A DNA stretch of 60,580 nt from Girardia tigrina (lineage: Eukaryota). This document shows, piece after piece, positions 1-12,124 of this stretch. Location: NCBI GenBank assembly GCA_001938485.1, contig MQRK01238420.1, positions 1-60,580 on the forward strand, given 5' to 3'. Made by a program: the position numbers and the translations under genes. The notes under the pieces are model-generated. The model did not search any database and was not told the DNA's origin. It worked only from the letters and a program-made list of their open reading frames with translations. Every line of letters begins with the position of its first letter. Position 1 is the stretch's first letter.

Positions 1-30
<30 letters not shown>
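1..30. repeat. (AT)n microsatellite
   Basis: Pure AT dinucleotide run. Similar tracts at ~22118-22160, 40760-40812, 47366-47398 and 60251-60268. Confidence 0.95.
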
Positions 31-33
<3 letters not shown>

Positions 34-960
34 CCCGTATGACTGCAGCCACTTACGATAAGGCTCATCAGATGGGACTAAATGAATGACTACTCTTAAT
101 AAATATAAATACATAATATACAATATATCATTTCTGACCAAATTTCACTACAATTATATTATATATTTCATACGATAATATTTTTTAAACTAGAATAATA
201 AATTTAAAATATTCTCATGAGTAAAATGTGGAACATACGAGAAACAGCTTAAATGAAAAAAACGTAAGATAAGACGATATAACAAAAATTGTCTTTTCTG
301 AATTAGGTTAAAAAGGATATTTAAGATTTTCTTTCACTATGAGTACCAGGGTACTTAAACTATTTTACATATTTAAAGTAAAGTGTTGTTATATCAAGGA
401 TACGATGGGGTTAGTGTAATGATAACTCGTAAATGATGGTATAATTATATTATATTAATATTATATTAAAACTAAACAGAGCGTAAGGGAAGGAAAAAAG
501 ATAGTTGTTAAGTCTATCACAATAAACGAGAAATATAGAGTTTGTAGATTGAACCAAACTATACAAAATACTACTTCAACAGGTATTATATGAATGCTGC
601 TACGAGAGTACTTGATGTACGATATAGACAGTGATACCGTCTTGTCGAAATAGTGAGTAGAATAATCAGTATCGAGATTGTCTATAGGAAATTAAAATTG
701 GACTTGTTATCTTGAATATCGGTAGGATAATTACAATGATTCGGACTGAGAGAAAGTCGATTTGAATAGGGTAGTCTGTTTGTCGTTGTTTCAATATGGG
801 TTTGATGTAGAAATTTCGATTCGGTTTTGAAGGGTTGATTTGAGACAAGTTGAAAATATTTTGCGAGGATGGTATTTTTTGAAAAAGACTTCACGAATTA
901 GCGGTATGGAAACTCGTTACTATTTATAATAAATCCAATCGTTAATCAATTTTTCTATTT
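31..960 (-). mobile_element. Highly decayed Penelope-like retroelement remnant (RT thumb/linker)
   Basis: Minus-strand fragments ETTTNRLPY, VLS*QHSYNT..SSILYSLVQ and KYPGTHSE resemble the PLE RT C-terminus (E..N.LPFLD / YL...S.HP....SII.SL / PY.G..SE). The remnant ends at (AT)n with a CTGATGAG motif. Many stops. Confidence 0.35.
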
Positions 961-1079
961 TATTATTATTTTTGCATATTTATATTTTTATAATGTATAT
1001 ATATATGAGTGACTAGGTCACTACATAAAGTATAATAAGAATGATCAATATGACAACTATTGAAAAGTAAGTAGTTCAC

Positions 1080-4000
1080 CGGAACTTGAGTCAAAGAATA
1101 TAACGAATTCCTTCCAAACATCCTCTGGAAACAAAAGATTTAAAGCTTTGGCAAGAGAACTGTAGGAGAATCCGACATTCCATTCTAAAAATAATCAATA
1201 TTATCAATCAATTTATTATTATTTTTATTTCGTAGTTAAATTTTATATAAATAAATATAAACATTAAAGATATAAATCTCGACTAACAAACAGTAATGGA
1301 TTAAAAAGCATTACAAAAAAAATGTAAAAAGCTTTATTTTATATAGAGAATAAAATTTTAATTTTAATTATATTTGGTTGATTAAGTTTTTTAATTTAAA
1401 AATAGTTTTCAAATTATTGAAAATTAAAAGGAAATTAAACATAACATACTTAAGAATTTATTTATATTTTCTTTTAAAATGTTGAGTAAATAAAAATTAA
1501 TTTCATTATAAATTATTAGAAAATGTTTTGTGGGCAATTTTCAATTTATTCTTTGATCTTTTATATTACTAAAATGTAGAAATTATTTAATATTATGCAT
1601 ATTTAATGTTCATGTTAAAATAATAATATTTTAATTAATAAAATAATTTCTCTTTCGTCGCAATCTTTTACACTGAAAGCTGATTTCCTTGTAATAAGTA
1701 TTGGAGAAGTTTGACGATGACGACTTCTCTTTCCACTGGAATTTAATCATTTGATTGAGAAAGTTAGAAATCAGAGATGATCATTTCGAAGTTCAGTTTG
1801 ACAGAATTTATTGGAAGAAAAAATGGAAGTTCATCATTAATCATCCGGTTGGTAGAGTGTTATGGGTTAATAATGGAATTTTCCTTGAAGATAAGGGGAT
1901 AGGGGTGAAGATCTCGAAAAGAGGTGAACAACTGGATAAAAGAAGGGTTTTTTATAATGTGGGATGAGAATCGAGATAAAAATTTCATAACATGACGAGA
2001 GTGCAGCACTTCACAATATGGCCTGTATTAGACTGCAAGTTAATGAACAAACGAATTCATAGCCATCTGACTTGGAGTTCTGTCAGTTGTCAGTCATGAC
2101 TGCGGTAGTGAAGAAAAGGATGTCCTAACTGCGCTGTTTTATTTTATATAAAATTATTGATTTAAAAATTGTCGTCTTTTTACATTTGTTATTTATTATT
2201 AAAACTATTTTTGTATTTAGGTGATAAATGTATAGAAAAAATTATTCTCTCGTTTGTCATACTATGATATATCACTTTGAAAGAAAAGCTTCGCAGATGT
2301 TTTGTGAACTTATCGAAAATTTGTTAAAAATGATCAATTAGCAAAACATATTTGAGATGATATTCCCGTTTCTAAATAAATAATACCAGTTTGGAAGACA
2401 AAGAAAGAAGATGTCAGTAATCGAAATTCACTAAGCGGACACTTCTGGTAGCCATAAGAAGGAACAAAGTTTGAAAATTCAAAGAATGATCCCTCAATTT
2501 AATTTCAACCAACTTATGAACGTTTCTCACCTCAAAAAGATTGCAAAAAAGATGATCTTAGTAACATTATTACAGATTTGCAACAGTAAATGAGGTAATC
2601 CCATACTTTATGAACTTTGTCACAAGATTTCAATCTGAGAAAACTTCATTTTTTAATGCAGCAATGAAGAGGAGAAAATAGTGAACAAAATTCAAATTGT
2701 ATTCTATATTCTTCATGATAAAGGACATCTGTTTGTTAAGTCTCATGCCATTTAATCAGTCTTTAATAATGATTATCCTGTTACTCACTGTCGCAAAAGT
2801 TGGTTGCTTGAAAATTTTCATGTAAACTTGAATGTGTTAGTAACCAAACGTTAAGACATGAATTACTTTAAAGAAACAGATTTTTTTACTAATGAAGCAG
2901 ATTAACTGTTTAACAAATAATAATCTTTTAAAAAATTTTCTTAAGACAAATTCATTTTGAGATCAAAAAATGTAAAAGATAATTAAAAATTTTTAAAGAA
3001 CCAAATGTTTATATTTACAAACGGGGGGTTATTTCAATATGATTTTGTTCGAAAAAAAATAGTAGGGTTGTTGCATAAGTTCTCACCGTTTTTTACACAT
3101 CTAAGAATTACACACAAAGAATTTTAACAACCTAAATAATGACTCAGTCAATTATATATTTAATGAAATCATAAACTTTTAACAGGAAAAATAATAGCAT
3201 TTCAATCAATTATGTACTCTCCTTCATTGTTCACTACTTCTTCCCATCTTTCCACCAGTTTGTTGATTCCATTTCAACAGAAATCCCTATGTCGAGTCAG
3301 GAAAAGGCTGTTTAGACAATTCTCAAATAGATCCTGATTTTTGAAGCTAAGAACCTTCGTTTCATTTGAGAGACAAGAGAAGAGATGATTACTATTTGAG
3401 CGAGATCTGAGAAATAGAAGAATTTAGAAGGATTTCGGAATCAAGCTCTTGGAGTGCTGTCTTGGCAGTTTTTGCGGAGTGTGGCCTAGCATTGTCATGG
3501 ATGAGCTTAGCCTGGCCTTGTCAATCTTATCATTTTTGTTGAATTGTATGATTTATTCGATGCTTTTGCGCTTGATAAAGATTTTTCTCTATTTTGGTGT
3601 TCTTTTCATGCCTTTCCCAGTGAATTATGCCTTCCTGAACCCACTATAATTATATTATTGTATTCATCGGGTCCAGATCTTTCTTGATCATTGACTTAGG
3701 CATTCTGTAGGCCTTCCCAACTTTTCCTTTGTTAAATAGTAACATAGTTACATCATTTCTCGTCCAGAGTGATAATCGTGTATAAAAGACGCTGCATTTG
3801 GCCATGGTATCTTAAGTGTCAAGCCAGGTTTTAGATGAATTTATGCGAGACCTAAACTCCAAGCTTTATTTGAAATATTCATTGGTTCCTCATCTATCTC
3901 AAATTGTTTTCTGGTACGAAGAGCGCCGTTTAGGTCAACATTATCGTATTTTTCCTAGAAAATCAATATACATAATGAAACAAATATCTTTGATAGCTTC

Positions 4001-7000
4001 ACTCGCTCTTTGACCTCAATTAAAGGCTAAAAGAAGATATCCAAAATGCAATTTTGTGTCGACCTGATTATATTTTTGACTGTTCTAAACGTAGCAAAAC
4101 ATAATAAAGGCGAAAACAATTACATGTAATCTTAAATAGCATAGCACGAGTTTTCTAAAAGTATACAACACTTTGCCAAACATTAAAAAGTCTTTGTATA
4201 ACAAATAATTTCATATAACGGCGGAAACATGTGCAGAACCTAATATTTATATTTGCGTTGGTAAACACATTCATTTTTTATGTGGACCTTTAGAGTTTGT
4301 GTAAGTGACAGATTTCAGATTTCCTTGAATTGTGAAATTGATGTAAAAATAAAAAACTTTTTCTCTGACTTTTTTTTTGTTATGTGCCAATAGAATTTTA
4401 CATAAAGTTAAAATGAATTCGGTGGTGATAAATAGTTGGTCATATGAGGACTTATTTTATCGGTATCGAGAAACTATTATGACATTCACAATGACCAAAG
4501 ACTCAATTTCCATTTCTCGAATATATCACTTGAATTGTTCAAAGACCTACATACTTGTATAAACAAGCCAAAAATCGAGATTTGCACCCCTGTTTTGGAT
4601 ATATTTACTGATATGAACCATTGATATAAGGTCTCAGTCCGATACAAAGATTGTTTCTGTTTTATTTTTTAAGGTTTATTTTTCTTTATAAAATTTAGGT
4701 TTGTGGTTGTGTTCTGATGAAAACTCAGATGAAGACATTTTTGAAACTTTTATTTTTTTACAAATGTCATATTTTATTAAAAACTCTTTTATGAACATTT
4801 TTATATTAATATTTAATATGAGATTTACTTGTATTTTAAATATTGTATTTAATTTTGCAAAAACTCAGTTTACATATTCTTAAAATCTTATCTTTAACTT
4901 CATTCGCTAATTTATTTAATTTAAAGATTTTTATAATTTTATATTAATTTATTCCTTTTGAATGTAACCTTTTAAATTCTAGTTTATGACATATTTTAAA
5001 TGTTTTGTTAGATTTTAATTCGAAAATTTGGAAGAATTTCCCAAAATCCTCACAATAAATATTAACTGAAAACCCACAAATAATTTTAAAAGATATATAT
5101 AATTATAACCATTATATATTTCGTTAATAATCTTCCACATGTTGATCGGAACAGCCAGAACTGCAAACCCTTGATTCTTTAGTTGGGCGATAACGATCTC
5201 AAACCATCTTTCCGAATAAATTACAACAATGTATTCAGAAATATTGAAAGAGCAAACTAAGTTTTCTACATCATCAAATGTTACGAATCAAAGAAACATT
5301 ACTCGTTTCCTTAATACTTAAGACATCAGATTTTTCAATGTAAAAATAATTTGAAGTTATTTGATTTTGTAGTTGAAAAGATTTTATGTGAGAAGAGTTT
5401 TCTAAAATGGTTTTCATCTCTCGGGAAGCAATTATATCTAGAAAAATACAAACAATCATTATCATATAATTTATTTTTTGGTATAAATTATAATTAATAA
5501 AAGTACATTTATTTAAATTTTATTCAAATAAAAGCAAATATTAATAAAAATATTTTAAAAAGTATAATAAAAAATAGTAGTATAAAAAAACAAATTAGAA
5601 TTTATTTAACACCCTAAAGTTGATAGTAATAATATATTATTATTACTATCAATTATAATATAATTACTAATTACTAATAAATCAGTGCTGGATTTTATGA
5701 CTATTTTAATTTTATTAATTTAAATTTGTGTTTCATGGTATGCTTTAGCATCTGAGTTTATTTTGACTCAACATATTATTTAGATATGTCTCTCTGCTAA
5801 GTGTCTCTAACTCACACTTATTAGAGATCCATATCGTATCCAATCAACCCCATCTGGCCCTGTGATCTCGCCAGTGAAGTTGATGAAGTACCTATTGGGT
5901 TCTACATTATATTTAAATATATTAGATCTATGAAAGTTGGCTTATACTACTTCTATTTAATTAATTGATTATCTTATTTTTTCCTCAACATGTTTCTTTT
6001 TAATTTGTTTATTATATATTATTATATATATGTGTATATGTATCGATATTATTATTTAAATTTAGAATTTTAAAATCTGGTTATGTAACTGAAATATTGT
6101 TCCTCATAAATTTGTTTGAGTAATGAAAGTTGTATTAGAAATAAAGTTGGAAAATTATGACTTTGAATTTAATCACGAACCCAATAATTCATATACTAAA
6201 TAAGAGCATGGAAAGGGGGCTCCTTTAGCGTACTCCTATGTTAACTGGTTGCGGTCTAGTAGATTCTTGTGCACATACAATAGTGGTTGTACAATTAGTA
6301 TAAAACTCTTTAATTAAATCCGTCGACTTTCTTTCAATATGCATCTTATTCATTAATCTAAGTATATAGCTAACTGAGATTGTGTCAAACGCAGCAATTT
6401 CAATATTAAAGGGGGCAGTTGCAGCATTCTTTGTATGAAAATCCGTGAAACAGTCGGGTGAAGGATGAACACCCAAACTAGCAGTTTGGAGATATCAGTT
6501 TTAGAGTACCAGGTGTCTAAAAGAGATGAAAAAGGGTATTCGATGGGAAATGTGGGAAGGAGGGGCAAGGACAGACTTCCTATCAGAAAAGAAGTGGTAA
6601 CCTTTAAGACAGTTCTTTTCAGAGGCACCATAAAGTTTATGGAAGGGGCACAATTTAGATCCTTCAGGAAGGGGGAGGGGAGATCAGGAAACCGGGCATT
6701 CAAAGCAGAAATACTAATTTTGAGACTAGTAAATGGAGCAGGAATACTAGCGAAGTCATCTGTGGCTGAGAGGTGAAAGTTACGGAGACATTTCTTTGCT
6801 TTTTCCTTATGGTATTGGTGATAAGGACAGATAGCAATCTCGGCACTGTGGGGGGTTGAGTTTTCTGGGTAGTGGGAATAACAGAAGACACAAATTGTCA
6901 CCATGGATAACCTTAGATTGATGGGAGCAGGCAAAACTCGGAGGATTATGATCATGAAGCGAGCTGCAGTCTTCCTCACTGTTGGAGCAGAGACATGGTC

Positions 7001-10000
7001 CGTCAACACACGTAATCACAAAACAATTAAGGGATAGGTGGTGAATATAGAGTAAACAATTGAGACAGGAATCTAACTTAATACAGTTGTTAAAAATGCT
7101 AGTCATAAGCTTTGAGTATGCCTTACAAATTTTCTCGATATTAAAATTACCATGAAGGATCTGAATGTTTGAAGATCAGAGGCAAGTTTTTCACCGGTAG
7201 TAGGATCTTGAATATCAAATGCTTTTATCGAAGTACACATTTGGTGGGATATTCTTATAATCACGTAGGAGAATATAGAGCTCATTGATTCTTTGAAGGG
7301 AGAGGGGTTTCTTAGTATCTAACTGTCTATCCGATATAAACCTATTTATAGTGATAAAATGAACTTTCTTATTAAGAATGGCGGGTTTACGGGTATGGAA
7401 GAAAAATTCAATAAACAGAGAACAAAAATCATTAACTATATCAAACATTTCCTCGAATGTTTTTAGAGTAGTCTCTGAGTAAACTTTGTTGATCGACATA
7501 TCGTCACTATTAACTACAAATTCAACAACGCGGAGAACATTTCTTCATTGGGAGCTAATCTGGGAAAGATTTCTTTAAATTTTTGGAAAAACTTGGAGAA
7601 ATTAAGGTTAATGGTTTTACCACTTATAGAAAATGTTCCAGATAGGGAAAGGATAATAGGTGTCTTTCGATATCGGGAGAAAAACGAGGGAAAGGTGGCA
7701 TCAGAATAGGAAGGAGTTTTGGGGGCTCTGATTTTAGAAAGTCTTGAAAGTCAGAAAAAAGTTTGTCATCAATTGGTAGATTTAATTTGTTTCTATAAAC
7801 CTATGATTCATATACACGTATTTTAGTTCTAAAATTAGTGAAACTGAGCGAGATGGGTTGAACTGCAGGTTTAACACGGGGGTGTGAAATATGATCAACA
7901 AAGGATCTAAAGATTGAGTCAGAATAGATCCTTCATTGTCCAATGTCAAACTTCCGTGTGATAAACTCACAAAACCCCTCACATTGTTCAGTATTAGATA
8001 ATTTAAGTCTATTCTTAAGCTTATTTTTATTTCAAAAAGACCTAAATTTCTTATGGAATCGTTGTGGTGTCAAATTAATTAATTTACCATTAAATCGGTT
8101 TACGTTGGATAAATAAAAATAAAAATCAGTAAACTTTTTGAAATTATGAAAACTATAAAGTTGTCCATCAAACTCCTGGAGTTTAGTTAGGAAATCGCAG
8201 TAAAAAATAAAAACATAAAAATCTAAGAACAACTTTGAAAAAATACAAAAATCAGAAAAATCTTTACCAAAAATAAGTTTAGAAATAAAAAATAGTTATT
8301 ATTATTATGTAATCTAGTCACTGGGTCAGTCTGTCCTATATTTTCCATTGTACAGGAATTATCTACCACCGCTCTATTTAGGTGTGGAATCGTACATCTT
8401 CACTTAGTCCAGACGGGTGACCTGGATGTAGGGATTGTATGTCATCCATTTTGGTCCTTGTATCAATCTGAAAGTGCTGGTGCCAAAGATGATTACTTGG
8501 GTACACACCTGCTGGAACTGCAGCAGGGTGTCCATAACCAACAGTCCTCCATTCCTCAACGTTATAAGTAGGACCAACCTTATTAGTGTCCCTTATGACA
8601 GTCTCCTCAATCAATGTATAGTTAGGTATAGGACCATGTACAACTGATCCATCCATGTTCGCCACAGTCTTACCACGGCCATACAAATCATGATTCTCTG
8701 TAACCAGATTAGAAGGGAAAGAGAAGCCAAATGTGGTCATATCAAACTTCCTTTTTTACCATTATTCAAACAAAGTTACTTTTTTATTTTTAATTAATTT
8801 TTTGAATGTCGATGTCAGTTGATTGCTGCTAAGAATTTTAGTGCGATTTATAAGGATAAAGAATGTGAAAAATTTTATTCCTGGGAAATCTGAATTTAGA
8901 AATCTTATTTTTGAATTAAAAAAATGTAATAATATAATTTTTTGTGATTTGATGAATGATTTATGTTTTGTGCCCCTTCAATCTGTTTTGTTATATTTAT
9001 TTGTTATATATTTGTTATATACTGAGAAATTTAACTGAATTATTCTTAGGCTTTCTTCTTGAGTCCATAACCCCCACGAAAGGAATATCAATTAATATTG
9101 AAGTTCTGAATAGTTTCTAAAATATTATTTTTTAATTTTTTTATTTGCATTTCATCAATCCGACAAAAATTTAATGGATTTTAATATTTTTTAGTTGTTT
9201 TAGGATTCATGTGAATTAAATTCTAAAAACATTTTAAAATTACATTAGGAAAATAATTTTTACATTAATAATATATAATTTAAATTTATTTTGAAATATG
9301 TTTCTCTTTATTTCGATAAATTAACTTTTTTACAGGAAATTTTTAGTTTTTTGTTCAATGTATCACAAAGATTAATTTTATTAAATATTAATAGTTAAAT
9401 TTTCTTGAAGAGATGAGAGATTATTTTCCGTTTATATACATATTATGGAACTACAAAAAGTAAAAGTTGATTTTGTAAACTAAATCCTTTTTAGTAAGGA
9501 AGAACATATTTAAGTTAACGGCTTTGTTAATTATCAAAATGTTAAAAATTTATAACACAGAGAACAATTATGTTATTGAAGAAATACCCATGTACAATGA
9601 GACATTGCTTTTTGCGGATGTTAAAAAGGTATCGCCGATCAAAATTCCTTGAAAATCAGACTATCAAGTTTAAAGCTTCATATAAAATAAAATAAAAATG
9701 ATTTGTGAATTGCATGTTAATCTATTTTATAAATTTAAGTGTCACTGGTGCAGGATCTCGTATATTGGAGAGGGGATATAATTTATACTTACCTCCTTGT
9801 GGTGTGTCCTGGTAACTAGAGTCACTTTATTATGGCCAAATAAGCAGACACAATTTACAGGGTGAGTAATCCAGTCATTGGATTTACAAAAGCTACCAAA
9901 ACTCAAACAAGGAGTCTGGCAGGACTGTTAATTAATAAACTCGCGACAGATTCCAGCAAGCAAGGAATCAAACTCAAAATAATAAAAGTGAAAACCAGGA

Positions 10001-12124
10001 ACATTAGAGGTATCACGAACGAAATATTTTATCCATTAATCAATCACTGGAGAAACGTGTATCCTAACCGAGCTGCATTTTCGTGGAACAGTTTCTACTA
10101 TGTTCAATCGGTGGAAAATTCTCCACGGTGATAGTAAAACTAGGGCACACATAGAAAGAGGAGTTCTCCTAATGATCAACGAAAAAAATAAAACTTGCAA
10201 CCAGCTAATGATCGACAAGAAAAACTAAATCACAATTATCTGAGTGTTTTCTCAAACAGATAGTGGGTATACAAATGAGGAAAAGACGTTTCAAAGGATG
10301 ACTTTTGTGTTTTAAAGAGGACCATTTGATTATTATTACGAGCGGAACTTTTGTAAATCTCTGCAACCCATTACTGAACATTAAAAATTCAAAATGTACA
10401 ATGTAAAGCCGTTTCAAATTTTAGAATCTTTAATTAAATTTACAGATATCAAACTTTTATTGAAACCACAAATTATCAACATGAACATCATCCAATTTAA
10501 ACAGAAAGAAGTCTGTTATGTCGTAATAATAAGCACCAGTAACAGTCCCTGCTTGATCATCCTAATTTTATAGAAGTATGCTTCCTGTACATCCGCATAA
10601 AACAATGCCTCATTGTACATGGGTGTTTCTTCAGTCACATAAGTGTTCTATGAATATCAAATATTTAAAATGTTTACGATTAACTAAATCTTAAACTAAA
10701 ACATCTACGTACTTCAATACTAAAAATGATTTTATTTAAATCATCGGCATTCATTTGTTGTTCCATAATACATTCCACAAACTCTGTTCTATGACCATCA
10801 ATCCGAGCCTAGGTCTTGTTTCTATTGACCTTTGTTAGCATGGTGGTGCAGATCTTTAGTGAAAAGACGCTGTAGAAAGCTTCTTAATCATTGCATTTCT
10901 TGTCCACGACGCCTAATTGACGTTTCTGGACTTTCACCATCACTCGTACTGACATTTGAGAGGCTTATTGTTTGGAAATCAGTGTCTTTAGCATCTTTTA
11001 TTATTCCATTTATTCTGAATTTTTCAATAAATATTTCCTCAGAGGACGATGTTAAATCAATCTTCAAACAATATTTTATACGATATGTTTTAACTGTATT
11101 CATAAAGCTTTCATTATTTTTCAAATATCGCTGAACAATGAAATCGTGTTGTTGGCTCATGTAATGCCTCATTTTCACTATCCATATATTATCAGTTGTC
11201 GAACTGTTTTTACTCATCATTACGTGGAAAAACGGTTTTGATGACATTCCTTCAAGAATCTTCGTTCAATCAAACTGAAAAAAATTCACAGCCAAAATAA
11301 CAACCAATTTAAATCTTTGTTGAATGTTGAGATACAAAAATGTCTTAGTAAATTTTGTTATTTAACACAATTGGATTTCTTTTTATGGAATTATTTACAG
11401 TGAAAGTATAACAAGACGATAGCGATCGGTGAATTAAAGAAGGAAGTGAATGTTTCATCAACAAAATTCAGCCATAACAAGAACTGGTCCATTCACCGAA
11501 CCGCCACTCGAAATGGGAAAAGAAAACCCTTTTGTAGAACGAAAACTGATCTTTTAAAATGGATTAAGTTCTACTCTTACAACAAAAAAAGTATTTATGA
11601 ACCTTATTTGGTCAACTAGATTTTAAATTCTTCCTAATTGTGGTTCTGAAATGATAATTTTTCTCTCTTATTAATGATTTTCGTTAGCTCTGAAATACAT
11701 CTATGAGGTTTGTGGATTTAGGTTAATCTTTTATATAAATTTATTTGTCTCCGGCTTTATGGAGCATTCCAAATCGACTTGATCGTGTAAGGTTCTTGAA
11801 CAATGGATGCAATTTAAGAATAGAACTTCATTTAATTGTCTGAAATTACACAAATCTGGCATAGAAAAAAAGTGTTTAGTTAATTCAAAAAGTTTATTTA
11901 TTTTTAAAATTATATTATTTTTCGTTAATTGACAATTATATAAAATTTAATAAAATAATCAAATTTTCTTAATTAATGTAACACTGTTAAGTCATTATAA
12001 ATAATTGATAAAAAAACAATTGTCAAATACATTTTTACAAATTAATTTTTATAAAAAAGTTACCTATTTTGGTAGAGTCCGTTAAGGCTAACAATAAAAT
12101 CATACTGTAAATGTTGCAAATCAT
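1080..12124 (-). CDS. Ionotropic glutamate receptor-like gene, paralog B (5' exons only: signal peptide and start of ATD; continues beyond left edge)
   Basis: Phase-compatible GT-AG exons: 12064-12124 (MICNIYSMILLLALTDSTKI), 5303-5437 (DIIASREMKTILENSS...DVLSIKET), 5110-5256 (ICSFNISEYIVVIYSERWFEIVIAQLKNQGFAVLAVPINM...) and 1080-1184 (EWNVGFSYSSLAKALNLLFPEDVWKEFVIFFDSSSG; cf. kainate-type AILDLV..FKWKTVTVVYDDSTG). Exon 1 is 61 nt as in paralog A, and exons 1-3 have the same intron phases as paralog A. Confidence 0.75.
2225..2560 (+). mobile_element. Degenerate mariner transposase N-terminal fragment
   Basis: SLEDKERR-like HTH linker and mariner-like N-terminus with frameshifts. Confidence 0.35.
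3060..4245 (-). mobile_element. Decayed full-length mariner element
   Basis: Imperfect TIRs: tagtagggttgttgcataagttctcaccgtt (3060) and aacggcggaaacatgtgcagaacctaata (4217-4245). Minus-strand LIHDNA and YFSDLA (YSPDLAP) remnants; ~1.2 kb. Confidence 0.8.
6095..6190 (-). repeat. Unclassified ~100 bp dispersed repeat, copy 1 (others ~13620-13722 -, ~17885-17990 +, ~19672-19770 +)
   Basis: Shared pattern ttgggttcgtgat...tttatttcta...caaacaa..t..gaggaac in four copies. Confidence 0.6.
6205..7990 (-). mobile_element. Decayed non-LTR retrotransposon (RT domain with upstream Cys/His-rich region) in intron 1 of paralog B
   Basis: ORF 6225-6476 IAAFDTISVSYIL...LIKEFYTNCTTTIVCAQESTRPQPVNIGVR matches non-LTR RT motifs (AFD...GVRQG). 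Upstream frameshifted ORFs on the same strand; locally higher GC. Confidence 0.65.
8378..8740 (-). other. Orphan 120-aa ORF in a GC-enriched patch, product unknown
   Basis: Uninterrupted ORF with protein-like composition against an AT-rich background; no motif recognised. Confidence 0.25.
9480..9625 (+). mobile_element. Tc1/mariner (rosa/DD41D-like) transposase fragment
   Basis: NGFVNYQN...VIEEIPMYNE motif; near-identical in inverted orientation to 10590-10645. Confidence 0.5.
10520..11270 (-). mobile_element. Tc1/mariner superfamily transposase remnant (rosa/DD41D- or maT-like)
   Basis: FIVQRYLKNNES...IEKFRINGIIKD...ESPETSIRRRGQE..LQRLFTKDL, the typical HTH region of this clade. Confidence 0.65.

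Noticed and set aside
9862-10420. Possible LINE APE domain (KTRNIRG)
   Set aside because: A single weak motif; insufficient support.
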